A stretch of 64,000 nt of DNA from Psilocybe cubensis (lineage: Eukaryota): NCBI GenBank assembly GCA_017499595.2, contig CM039004.1:1116001-1180000 (forward strand), read 5' to 3'. Position 1 is the first letter of the stretch. Each line of letters begins with the position of its first letter. Below are positions 12,890-26,000 of the stretch, one piece after another. The notes beneath the pieces were generated by a model. That model saw nothing but the letters and a program-made list of their open reading frames with translations. It was not told the DNA's origin and searched no databases. A program made the translations under genes and the position numbers.

Positions 12890-14503
12890 ATGTCAAGGCC
12901 ACTGCCCGAGGCAGAATCAAACAAAAAAGTCGCGTCGTCTGTCCAAGATGTTCTTGAAAACAAACCCGCGTTTGGATCTAGGTGCGCGATGAAACACAAC
13001 ATTGTTTATTCGATGATGCAAACCTTCTTTACTGTAGGTTCCTCACTGAAGAAGATGATGTTTGGAGCCAAAATGCTTGGGATCATGTCCCTCCCCCGGA
13101 TGATCAAGTAGAAACAATTGAAAAATCACTGTCCAAACAACGACTCAATCCTGTGCCCCTTGAGGATAAGATCAAACTTAACGAAAAGCCTGCAAAGCAT
13201 TGGTATGCTTTGCCTCCAAACCCATGCCTTATCACCTTGACTGATTCTATGTCGAGATGTAGGGATAACTTTTACAAAATGAACGCCGACAATTTCTTTC
13301 GGAATCGCAAGTGGTAGGAAGGTAGTCATCTCGTTGATACGATCATTCTCATTTGTAATCGTGGCGTAGGCTTCACAACGAATTTCCAGAACTCGTGGAT
13401 GCAACCAAGGCCGACGGAGGTGCTGTCTCTATTACAGAAGTTGGCTGTGGTGAGCAACAATACATTTTGCTATGGGTTTTGGAAGAGCTAACATCTAATC
13501 TTCACAGGTGCGGGGAATTCTGTCTTTCCACTACTTGCCTCCAATCAAAATCCTGAACTGTATATTCGTGCATATGATTACTCATCGCATGCCGTCAAGC
13601 TAGTCCAGGTAAATCGCCATTCACGCCTATCAATAACGGAACAGTCTAACCCACCAATCTTAAATCAAGAACAACCCCTTGTACACAAATCCTCCGACAG
13701 GGAAGATTCAAGCATCAGTGTGGGACGTGACTTCTGCCAACAGTCTTCCTTCAGACCTCGCTCCAGGGTCTGCAGACATTGTGATCATGGTCTTCGTTAT
13801 GAGCGCCCTTCACCCCGATGAATGGGGTCAAGCCATCAACAACGTTCACAAGGTAGTAAACCCCCCTACCCCTCTTGATCTGACTGATACTTCTCCATCA
13901 AAAGATCTTGAAACCCGGCGGCGTCGTCCTGTTCCGTGACTATGGCCGATACGATTTAACTCAGCTTCGTTTCAAAGGAGGCCGATTGCTTGATGAAAAT
14001 TTTTATATTCGAGGAGACAAAACACGAGTCTATTTCTTCGAACTAGGTGATTTGCCTCAATGGATACTCTGGAATCTTTTTTCGACTGACACCAATGAAC
14101 TGATGTTCCAGACGAACTGTCCTTGCTTTTTACAGGTAATAACTTGTCAGAGAACAAACTTGAAACCACCATCAGCACAACAGAAGTTGCGCAGGACGAA
14201 GACGGTAACGATATACACACACCTTCCCCGGAAGTAAATGCCGAAAAACAAGGATTGTCGTCACTTTCTTCATGTTCCGTCATCTCGGAGTCGTCATTGT
14301 CAACGGAAGGAAGCATGTGCACGCCTCCCATACCCGCTCCGACAGTGATCCATCCTAACCTTTTATCACCTCTTTCCAATTGTCCTCCACACCCCCTCTT
14401 CGCCGCAGAACAACTGGGCGTGGACAGGCGTTTGATCGTTAATAGGAAACGCCAGATTAAAATGTATCGCGTCTGGATGCAGGGCAAATTCCGAAAACTA
14501 TAG
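12890..14503 (+). CDS. TRM140: tRNA 3-methylcytidine (m3C32) methyltransferase, Trm140/METTL2 family
   Basis: [48 protein letters not shown] motif [59 protein letters not shown]. Stop TAG at 14501-14503. Confidence 0.9.
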
Positions 14504-14633
14504 TGAACAATCTGATTGTGAGAACACTATTGTCTCATGTCGGTATATAATCATTTATTAAACGTAACAGAATACACAAAACAATTAGAAAGATATACAA
14601 AGATCATAACGGTATCGCGCTTGCTCCTCATAT

Positions 14634-17469
14634 TTAGAAGATAATATCTGCAATTTTCTCTCCGATATTTTTGGGCGGTATCTCCGGTTCTTCGGTTTCT
14701 TCAAGTGTAGGTATGCCCTAAAAATCACAATTCAGCCATGAACACAAGCGTAAGTAGATCAACGCGACAGTGGCACTAACCGTGACAAAGTCCATCTCCA
14801 TGGGGTCCCAAATTTGGGTTCGTTTCCAAACTTTATATCCAAGGTATAAAACCACGAAGATGGGTATGTTGATATCTGCAGTATACTCAGCTTAGTACCA
14901 AAACATTTGTGCAAGCAGCTACTCACAAGCTGTCAGGAAACCAGCGGCGTCGAAATTCCAGAACACGGCAAAGCCGTTTACGAAAATGAAGAACAAGGTC
15001 CACGCAGCACCCCAGTAGGATACGTATGGTTGCCACTTGTTATGGTATGAATTTTTCGTTAGATCGTATCCCTGAGCGAGCATTCCACGACCTAAATAAA
15101 GAATGTTATACGTACTTAATCTGCTAAAGTGAATGATAGTGACGTACGGAAGTAGATATAGGTGATGTTCATGACAAACCAACTCGTGAATCCTCCTGTT
15201 GTCGACAAGTTGACGAACCAGCTGCGAAAAACAAAATCAACACGAAACAGGAGACCCATGCAACAGGATACCATACACGAAAACTTTGTTTGAGCCTGAA
15301 GAAACACTCATGAACGACAAAAATGAAAAACATGACTATACAATCATTTGTCAAATAAGAACAATTTGCGCAACAAAATGTCCAACATACCGCTACCAAA
15401 ACGGCATACAGAGGAAGACCCTTCTTTGTGCAATAAGTCAAAATCCTCGGTGCCTGGCCACGTAAAGCAAGACCGTAAAGAACACGGGATGAGCAGAACA
15501 GGAAGCTGTTCCCGGCGGAGAAGGCGCTCGTAAAGATACAACCATTGACGATATGCGGTAGCACTGTTCAAGATTCAGTCTCAAATTTCATGTAGATCAG
15601 TAAAAATACCCACCGTTGATACCAGCGCGTTTAATCGCAATAACGAATGGAGATGATGAAGCAGTGTTGTTGCCTAGATAGCAATGAGATAATGCTTTAT
15701 GATATTCAAACTGACATACTTACCTTGCAAGCTCAAAAGATCTTCGTCGTTGTAAGCCACGAGCATACCAATCATGAGGATACCCAAAATCTACCTTGGT
15801 TCAGTTTCACGCCAAAAAAAATCAAAAAATAAACGTACATAGAATATCAAGATGCGATAAAATACTCGACGAACTGCCTTTGCAATGTTACGACGGGGGC
15901 TCTCAGTCTCTGAGGCGGCACTGGAAAAAATAGTTATTGGACAAAGAAAAGCATTGAGCTAGGTTATTAGACTTACATAACCACGAGCTCCATTCCTTGG
16001 AAAGAGAACGCTGCGTTGACCAAAACACTCAGCATCGCGAGGAAGCGATCAATGCCAATATGACTGTTGACTAAACCAGCACGATTGATGGCCCCAGGAT
16101 TTTTCCAATACTGTCCAACAATGTTGGAAATGAAAATGATCAAAAATAAATAAAACTCACTCTGAATCCAATACGATCTCCCTTGGGGCCACCTCCTAGG
16201 TCCACAACCAAACCAACGAGAAGAAGTCCAATAATAAGGGTAACTACAGCACGTTGTACGTTGAGCCGTATACGGGATTCTCTGAACTAAAGCACATACG
16301 TTTGATCAAGGCGAATATGAATTCAGCTAGTATTATTAGGAAAGCGCCCTATTTGATGAAGCCGATAACGCTTACATTCTCCAAAATAGCTGTAGTCGCA
16401 ATTGGCGTTAGAGTGACTGGTGAATAATAGTTTAGATATTCCCTTACCGTACGCCAAAGATATTGATAAGGCAAACTAAAACGCAGAGAACAGCAGTGTA
16501 GGCCGGTATGTGATCAGTCTGAGAGATGTGATGTAAATATAGAGTGTCCAACGTCAAAGTAAAGATTCTGACATACGTTATGATCCCAGAAGGTTAGCAA
16601 AATGACTGCCGCTGTAATCTCTGACGGTGTGGAGATGCTATTACACCTCAGTCCATAGTCAAGTTCCGATATAAACACTGAACATACGCATTGGTGTAGA
16701 AGTAATTCTAAAAAGTACTTTGTTAGTGAAAGCTTAAATCATGGCATGAGTTAGAGTACTGACCCATCCTGTCGCAAACCCAAGAGCAGGGTCAACCCAA
16801 CGGGCAGCTAACGTAGTGATTGAGCGTGCAGACACATACAGATGCCTGAATGTGGAACTCACCAAAATGTGGGAATGTCCCGGATATTGGTGCCCAAGTA
16901 GACATCTCTCCGACAGCGCATAGCGACCTACAGCGTTTCAAGGTGAGCATCAATCATGGAGACCTAAAAATGTGAATCGCGTACGAGTATGCCACAGTTC
17001 CGACAAGAGCGTATGCAATCAAAGCCCCAAGAGGGCCTGCTGTTGCCAAAGCGCCACCTGAGCCCAAGAATAGACCAGTACCGATGGTACCAGCAATCTA
17101 AAATCGTCAACAAGGCGGAGAATGGTGAGCGACCATCCAGCTGACTCCGCGCTTTCAGGACTCACAGCAATCCTATAACCTCGTAAATTCATGATATTCA
17201 CGTCCCAAATTCTTGATATCACTTACATCTGAACATGCCTTTGCTTCAGACGGCGCTGGACGCGATCGAGGTCGTGTTCGTCGAAGTGGAAACTATGCGA
17301 GGGAAGAGCGGGCGGTAAGCAAAGAGCAATGAGGACAGCATATGTGATTGGACGCGCACGCTTTGTTCGTCTGCCTGACAGCACCATAGGGAGGAGGAAC
17401 TACACCATCCTCAAGGCTATCGTTCTCTCTGCCATCGCGATTGCTTTTCTCCTGCTCCTTCTTCTCCAT
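14634..17469 (-). CDS. Amino-acid permease (APC/YAT family, Dip5/proline-permease-like), highly fragmented into small exons
   Basis: Spliced N-terminus reads MEKKEQ..RRLKQRHVQMIAIAGTIGTGLFLGSG. Further motifs: VDPALGFATGW, GPKGDRIGFRYWKNPG, FSFQGMEL..SETESPRRNIAKA, SAFSAGNSFLFCSSRVLYGLALRGQAP, ending KIADIIF*. Confidence 0.88.
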
Positions 17470-20400
17470 GGTCGTTGAAGGTGGGGGCGGACTTCAGGGT
17501 ACGCACCGCATCTGTCAGAACGTCTCCCATATATACGTAGGTGTGGGTACCTGGATTTCGTTCATGTGGCACCCTCATCCGGTGGGATAAGTTCACGATG
17601 TCCGTCAGATACAGCTTTCCGAATGCGTTTAGCTGATTATTTTCGGGGGCCAAGGAATGCTAAGCAAGTCCGTTGATGGTATTTCCCATCAATTTAGGGC
17701 AGATGCCGTGAATACTTTCAAACTCTACGGCTCCCTTATTGAGTGAATAAAGAGAGAAAGCTAGCTTCTAGACGCGTATCAAAACACTTTCCATGCTAAT
17801 CTAACTTGTGTTGAAGTATCTGGAGCCTCCTGACTTCTCTCAACAATGATATCGGATGGCCTTGTAAGACTGTAAGTGTACAGATATGCGGTTCACTGGA
17901 GGCATGACGTCGAATATGAATTTAAATTAGAACTCCGTCTGGCACCGCGTCACAAAAATTTCTAAACGTGGGCAAAATGTGAAATTTGCTTGCGATAGCT
18001 AAAAATAGCCCATATATACACATGGACTCGGATAGGATGACAGGGCATTACACGGTTGATATGTAGAAGTATGCATTTCAACCAACTGTATCGAATGGCA
18101 CAATACCCGTGCCTACGTGCCTATCGTAAAGCTTTAAGGGTCCATGATAAGAATGAAAGCATCGAGAACTCTGCCAGCCTGGATTCAACTTGCCGGTCAC
18201 TCGAAGGCGGTAGTACCGTAGTACAGGGCATCGCCCATTCCTAGTGTATAAATGCATCTGCCACATGCAGTATCGGAAGTTATTGCGCTGAACGTTTGCT
18301 AGACAGAGTCACAGAACAGGGTCCCTTTTGAACTTGAAGCTCATTGCAGTCTATTAATAGCACCGTAACCAAACCATGTAGCTTTGCACAAGCGACTATC
18401 AAACAACAAACATTTCACGTCGTTGCTATTCTCCATGTTATGCTCAGATTAAAGTCGAGTAGGATTGATATCTCATATTTGAATCTATTTCAATGGCATT
18501 ATACTGGATGCTATGCTCGATTTACTTTTTTATGTTGCTCACGAGCCAGCTTCCAGGTGACAACCCGATTAAGTGTCCTGAATCATAGTAGCTCCTTATA
18601 GATTGTGCTTGTGGAGTGTCATATCCGGTATCTTTCAAGGGTGTCTCCGGGTCTATGTGCTAATCCCATCCAAACACCGCAAAGCATCTGGACAGTTAGG
18701 AACCTCGGACGGGTTTCCCACCGAGATCATTACCAGCCACCACAAACGAACAACAGTATAAGCTTCTTGTACATGTAACTCAAGATGCCTGTAGAGACGA
18801 ATTCCCACTACAGTATTTAATTGGGTATTGTCAGTCTGGTTCAACTACAGTTGAGCATGGCAAGGCGTGTTTTAGCTTATCGATACCTCGCGCTGTCCAT
18901 CACTACTAAGTATACATAACGTGCACCTTCCAATGTAGCGATATGGGTCGTTACAATAATATATTGGAGGAGCGTAAAACATTTTCCAGTGATCAATTTT
19001 GGAGTTCCTGTACTCGGCGTATTGTACAATTTATCCGAACTTTGACTATCCATGTTATTGCTAGATCACTTCGCCTACTCAAGCAATAATTTACCACACG
19101 TGTCGTAGTAGTATACGATCGTGAGAATCTATTTGACTGGTATGTCAAGCTGGGAGGCCGTTAGCCGTTCATTGAAAGAGGACGATAAAACCTTGCAAAA
19201 ATAGCGAGTCTATACGTCGATATATCAGGTTGATAAGGCTGGCACGCTCAGCATCTAATATGGGGTTCTCGGGGCTCTATTGAGGTTTATTGCTTCGATG
19301 ATCATTTTGCCGCGGAGCAACTTGGAGGTTCCACTTAATCATTAAAGTGAAATAGACGTTTTCGGTGAAATACATCTTTTGTCTCTTCCTGTTACCTAGG
19401 TCTCCTACCACTATTGATATGACCATAAGATAGAATTGAAGAATGATGCAAGTGGCTCCAACCATGGCCTCGGGAGCAGTTCCTGACTTGGGCGCCAATC
19501 ATTGATGATCGGCGAAAACCATCATGTCCAATTCAAGGCAATAGTGTGTAATGTTGAACTTCACCAGTGTGCTTTGAATGGGCATGGAGTTGAAGCCTAG
19601 TCAGAATTGTGGTCTATTTGTCACTTAACGTACATTTTAGAAGCAATCGAAATGTTATTCTGAAGGAGCGGGACGAAACCGACTTCAACCTGACGAAATA
19701 ATTTCTCGGTCGAGTACAAATCCAGTGAGTAGTGGATTCTGAATTAAACGTTTCTAATTGTAATACCTTTGGAGCCCCTCAAATATCCATAAAATTGTTG
19801 TGAATGTTGTCATGAATGGTATCTGGGAGTCGGCACTCTTCCCATCCGATGGCCAGCAAATCCGTTATATCGTGCTGCTTTCCCGTTTCCAGCTTTGCGA
19901 ATATATGACTGAATATATATAACACAAGACTTCAATGTAGGTTCTCTTCTAAGCGGTGTACTAGTCCGATATTCTGCTTTCTGTGCCTCTCCAGGACTCT
20001 TAAGCGAAACATAGGGGCGACAACAAACTATGTATGTCGGACATTGAATCTGGGAATAAAACTATGAAAACTTGATTGGTTTAGGGGGCGTCCGCCGTCA
20101 TATCACTGCCAAACACTCCAACGATCTCTGGGTCAAATTAGCAGGAGTAGTGCCATGTATAGCAAGACCATGTATAAGGTGAATATCTTTGGATATCTTC
20201 AATGTAATGACTAGTCCTCAGTTGAATTAACAGTGAACATCATGCCAGCATTGAACGTTCCACGCCATCGAGGATTTTCCAAATGTCACCCTGTTTGAAG
20301 TGACAAGTTGTTAAAGACGTCTAAAGTGTCTCGAGAGACTCAGGGCAAATCATGCCTAGTTACAACTGCACTCTGAACCATGGCTTCTGATCGACTTCCT

Positions 20401-20510
20401 AACGTCGTTCCTCAGATAGAAATATTGATCGATAAGGGGGCTCAATCGCTTGTCGGTAGTCTGTGGATAGCATTTGGTCCTCTTTCTCTACTCTCTCCTA
20501 CCCTCCTACT

Positions 20511-22322
20511 ATGCAACGCATAACCGCTACGCAGGACCATAATTGTAACAACCTGGCATTGAAGTAGGCGATAGCATTCAGAATTATAAGAGGAGATGGA
20601 GTTCACTTACTATGGTTTTTCACAGTCTTTCTAACCAGATACATACGCTTGAGTCTGCAACGGAAAGAGTCCTCAATAACGATGATCTTCTCAACCAAAT
20701 ATTTTCCTCCAGTCCACATTGGGAAACGCAGAAAGTTCATTTACTTTGGGCATCTTTGGTGTGCAAGAAGTTTTTCCCTCATGCTATACATTAGCTTTGG
20801 CGATATATGTTTTCCTGGACACCTCTCATCAAAACAATCCCCTGCGTATTTGATCATGGACATAAGTGGTAAAGTCACGGTCAAAATATTCTCCAATGTT
20901 TCGAGGCTTAGAAACATACAAAAGTGCCCCGAAGGACCTATACTGGAGGAGCACCTTCGAAGCTTCGATTATTATGCCCGGCATATCAGAGAATTCAACA
21001 TCTCAGCTTATAATCCGTAGGACAATCGTATTTCTCCGCACATTATTTGGTCCATCAAGCTGCTTCGCCCAGAAAATTGTTTCCCTAATCTCCAAAAGCT
21101 AACAATCAATTTCGAACAGATGCATGCCGATCATCTTGCTTCCATCCAGCTTTTATCTTCAGAGGCATTGTCCGAAATTTTCTTGAAAGGACTCCTTGCA
21201 ATCGACTACGAACTCTTTGCAGATTCGCTACTCCGCATAATTACTCCTAGATCCACCAATCTACGTGTGCTAGAGGTTTCCCAAATGTGTCGTCTCAATA
21301 TGGATATCATTCAGGGTTTCAAGAAACTTCGGCGGGTAAAATTGGAGATGGAAAACGTAAGGGTAGCCCCCCGAATGCGGACCGATTTCGTTAGGGAGCT
21401 TGCATGTTTAGAGGAACTAGAGGAGCTGGAGTTATACTTCATCTTACCCAAATCTCCAGTCCCACCAATCCAGGAACGAGTGCAATTTCGATCACTGAAA
21501 ACTCTACGTCTCTACACCACAGTAGTCGGACTGCACCACTTTCTCAATTCACTTGAAGCAGAAAAGTTGGTTGACCTTGATATCTTCTTCACCATAGCCG
21601 AGCTCGACTACTCAAAGTATTATCCCTCAGACATTGTAAAAACGGCGGCCTTACTCCAACAATCGTTAAGCGATATAAACAGCATATCGCAAGTCATAAG
21701 GACCATCAAGATGACATGCCTGGATATTGCAGTCATGGTATCCCACACTACGTTGTATCACATTTTACGTTGCAAGCATCTGAAACTTCTATCACTCCCT
21801 CTCGACGTTGACGGCCGGATGCTCTCGTCGTTATTTTCAAGAGGAGAAGTTTGGCCAGCTGTAGAACAGCTCAGGTTCTTTCCGTCGCTTCCATTGGCAC
21901 CCAACGCGTCCGTGTTATTGGCATCAGAGCTGCACCCATTCACCGTCCTTTTTCCAAATCTGAAAGAACTTTGGGTACCAGTGTCGTTCAACTTCCTGGC
22001 GTCGAACGCCATCGAACCTGTGGAAGGGACGCCATCATACCACCAGCTTCGTAAACTACATTTTCAATGGATCTCCACCGAATCCGACGATCAGGACAGG
22101 CGCAGCGAGTTCGGCCCGTCAAAAGCTTTAGACACAGAGGAAGGTGCAGAGGAAATTGAATTTTTAGCAAGGCGTATCGCACAAAGCTTTCCCCATGTGG
22201 AAAAGGTATCAGCAATGTGTGACTATGTAGCTGATGCTTGGTTCGACAGATTGCTTGCGTCGGTAAAAAGGGCCCAGTCGCACATCTCTAGGCAGGCAAT
22301 AAGATGGTCGTTTATCTTGTAG
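20511..22322 (+). pseudogene. F-box-like/LRR protein (copy 2) with two in-frame TAG stops
   Basis: ATG 20511, phase-2 intron, then SATERVLNNDDLLNQIF..LLWASLVCKKFFPHAIH*LWRYMFSWTPLIKTIP (TAG 20792-20794) and YNP*DNRISPHIIW (TAG 21018-21020, in frame with the 400-aa ORF 21120-22322). The donor of the second intron near 20868 also looks damaged. Confidence 0.7.
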
Positions 22323-22739
22323 AATCGTATTCCCACCTCTTTTTTTTTCTTTTTTTCTTTCATGTTTTATATCATAGCGGGCTGTCGCCCATGACAGATG
22401 TTATCCTTTGTGGTCAACTTCAATCAATGGCCCACTAGCAGATTACTTTGCTTTCAATTAACGGCGCTTACTCACTTCTTGTATCACAACGACCATGTTA
22501 TTTTAAACTCGGCCGGGCGGGGTTTTTAACTTCAACCGCCATTTAATGGCAAGCCAATGTTCTTGCTTCGGCTGGCGGTTTCCTAGCCTTCAACGGTTCA
22601 AGCTTCAACCTCCCCATCACCCAAAGTCAAAGTTCAAACTTCCTACCTGTCCATTTAATTTAAAATTACAGGGCTCAGCGCTCAACTCTCGACGCACCAG
22701 AAACGAGACAAGCTGTTATATTAGCATTACAGAGAATAA

Positions 22740-22975
22740 AGCTTAAAAAACCTCTAAGAACACAACAACAACAATAAAAAAAACGAAAGAAAAAAGATAA
22801 AAAGATAATAAAGAAAAAGAAGGAAAAAGAGAAGCGTGAATGCATCGGTGAACACAAAAAACCGAAAAAAATGCAAGTGAGTATGTATCATCGAAAAAAA
22901 CGAAAAAGCAAAGATATAAAAAAAAATAAATCAAATCAAAAGCAGCAAATTTGAAGTAAAAAAAAAAAACCCAAA
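22740..22975. repeat. A-rich low-complexity tract (U-rich 3' region of the Rxt3-like gene)
   Basis: Many A5-A12 runs directly downstream of the minus-strand stop at 23002. Confidence 0.7.
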
Positions 22976-23001
22976 ACCCCCTTCGAAGCTTCGAACCTGA
23001 C

Positions 23002-26000
23002 TCAAACAGCATCCACAAGCCTCTCCCTAGCGCCTTTCGGCGCCCACTTCCAATTCTTAACCTGAATCGCCCACTCATACTCCGCCTCCATCCCATCCCC
23101 CTCCCCAACCCCGTCCCCATCTGCTTGGCCCCCCGGACCCGAACCGGGACCTGACGGGTCTTTGACGTACACGCTGTCCTTCTCGAAGCGGAACATGTGC
23201 CTGGTGAGGTTGCGCTGGAGGACTTGGACGGAGAATTGCGGTTTTGGGATGGTATCTACATCTGTGTCCACGTCTGCGTCGTGGTCGGGGTCGTCGAGGA
23301 GGAGAAGGGAGGAGGGTTTGCCTTTGCCTTGTTTGGTGTGTTTTGTGGTGTCTTTGGCGTTATCTTTGTCGTCGAGGAGAGATGTATCGTTGTCGTCAGT
23401 GGGAAGAGGCGAAGACGGAGGACCATCATGCTCCGGTTCAGGTTCAGGCGAATGTACAGGAGAATGCACAGGCGACGCTCTAGATGGCGGAAGAGGCGAC
23501 GAGCCAGGCTCGGCCGTGGTCATTTTCGATTTGGACGGTGTTTCAGGCTGGACATTGGTAGGGGCTGCTGTCGACGATGATGGTTCAGCAGCAGCAGGAG
23601 ATGGTTGATCGCTACCAGCAGTGACGGCAGCTTCAGCGGATACGTGTTCCGTGGAGGTCTGACCACCAGCCTCCTTTGTATCTTCTGCTTCAATGAGTTC
23701 TGCGCCTTTATCTTTACTATCCACCGCAGGCTCATTAGCAGCATTAACAGGAGTAGCATCCCCAGCAACAACACCAGGAGCAGCTTCCACCACCTCCGCC
23801 TCAGCGACAGGCTCATCCTCCACCACAACCTCCGTCTCCAAAATCAGCGCAATATCATACACCCTCTCCGCTGGCAGCACAGCAGCACCAGCACCAGCCA
23901 CAGGCGACGGAGCAGTGGGCGATATAATATTAGGCGAGAGGAGGTACGCCTCTTTCGCCGTCTCGAGGATGAGCGGGCGGAGGAGCGGGTCGTTGTCGAT
24001 TAACGCTGCGCTGGAGTGCGTGCTGGTGGTGATGGTGGTGGTAGTGCTGTCGAGTGTGGTACTGTCGTCGGCCATGTCAACGTCGTCGGATTCCTGTGTG
24101 CGTCTGCGCTTGCGTGGTCGAGGAGGTTCCGGCTCTGATGAGCGAGGTGAAGGGAACAGGATCTCCTGTAGTAGTGAAGGAACATATTTGTATCTACCAA
24201 AACCAAAACCAAAAAGTCAGATAATGCAAACCAAAAAAACTGTACAAAAAAGACAACGACGTACCCAACGCGCAGATCCCCAGCAGCACCCATACCAAAC
24301 ACCATCGTGCGCACATCCATAAGCTTCTCCTCCCTCTCAACTCTCAGCTGGCTCAAACCCACATTATTCACACCACCATCATTATCCACCCGACGCCCAT
24401 CCGCCGTGCGTAAAAGGAACTCGCTCGGCTCCTCCTCCTCCTCCTCTTCGTCAGCCGCCTCGGGTATCGTGTGCAGTGCAGTCGCATTAGGCAACAGGCG
24501 GCGGGGCTCGACTGGCCAGCCGCCCCATCCGCGCCGCCGTTTTCTGCCGGCGAGACGGTTGAAAGGCGCTGTGCTTGTTGGTAGACCGAGCACTGACGCA
24601 CGGCGCTCGGCGTACTCGCGAAGGCGCTGTGAGCGATTACGCAGGCCGACACCAGGCGAATCATGTGCAGTGCCCCTCTACACAAAATACAAAAAAATAA
24701 TGACAAAGTCAGCCACCAAAGATACAATACGGATATAAAAAGACAAGAAATCACTACGAACCTCGACAAACTCTACACCGACAATCTCAATCGCACTGCC
24801 GTCGTGTCCGGTCCCCCACGCGGCACTGACAAGACTCCTACCATCATCCTCGGGGTCATCAAACACCACCTCGTCCTCGTCCTCTTCCTCCTCTCTCCGC
24901 AGCGACCCAATATCCCCATTACGTTTCCTCCTGCCTCTGATCACCCCGTCATCATCCTCCTCTTCGTCCTCCTCGCCCGCCACTTTACCGCTCCGCCCAA
25001 GGGGATTAAAGCACCGCTCGCCATACCCGCCTATGAATCTGCCAACCATCTCCTCCCGCACATAACTAGGCTCGGCATTCACAAGCCCATTGTCCATACC
25101 CCCAGCCGCCGCCGCCGCAGCAGCAGCAGCAGGGGACACGCTCATCACTGGCGCACCCGCTCCTACGCCCGCCACACCACTTGCATTCACAGGCACCCTG
25201 CCCATCCCCACGCCCCGCGCAAAGACGCTCCCCGCACCCGCGCCCGCACAGCGTATCACGCGGACCTCAATGCGCAGATCGCGGCCTTTCGCCTTGGCCT
25301 TGCGCGCGCCGCTCCACGTGAGCCAGCCCGAGTGTATCGCGCAGAGGAAGATGTCCGAGTCGTCGGTGTACACCCTACGCGGGCGTCGCGAGCGCAGGCG
25401 GCGCGCACTAGCTGATGCGGACGACACCAATCCGTTCGCACCTCCACTGCTACTGCTGCTAGACACGGCGAGGTTCCCGTTCCCGTTCACGCCGTTGGCA
25501 GAGGTCGTGCTATTGGCGAGATGGCTGTTCTGGCGTGTTGGCGGGCGGGTGCGTTTCCCATTCAGACTGCCGCCTTTCCTCCTTGAGCGGACAGGGAGCG
25601 GTGGGCGTGGGCGCGGATCGAACCCGCCGCCGCCCCAGAGACGCGGACGGAGTGGTTTCTCGGTGGGTATGTACCCTGAGGGAATAAGGATGGTGGTGCG
25701 CGTCTCCATGTCGAGCAGGGGCTGTTGGATGGGTGGATCAGGGATAGTGTCTTCATGAATCCGAGTTTGGGAGAGAGATGTGGATCCCGCCAAGTCGCTT
25801 TGTGTGGATTCGTCAGGTTTAGATGTCGAGGTAGGTTGAGCAGACTTGGAGTTGTCGTCGTCGACGTCCATAGGATTTACAGTAACTTCCTTTTTTGGGT
25901 CTTTCGCGGCCTCTTCGCCTTCCTCCAAGCCCTGCTCGACCTTCATCTCTGCCTCTTCATCAATCTCGCCCTCTTCCATCTTCTCTGATGTCTTGCCTGT

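Noticed and set aside
17500-20500. 3-kb gene-free stretch with short ORFs and a possible decayed gene at about 19150-19850 (minus strand)
   Set aside because: No recognisable motif or consistent reading frame; would need tBLASTx to support.
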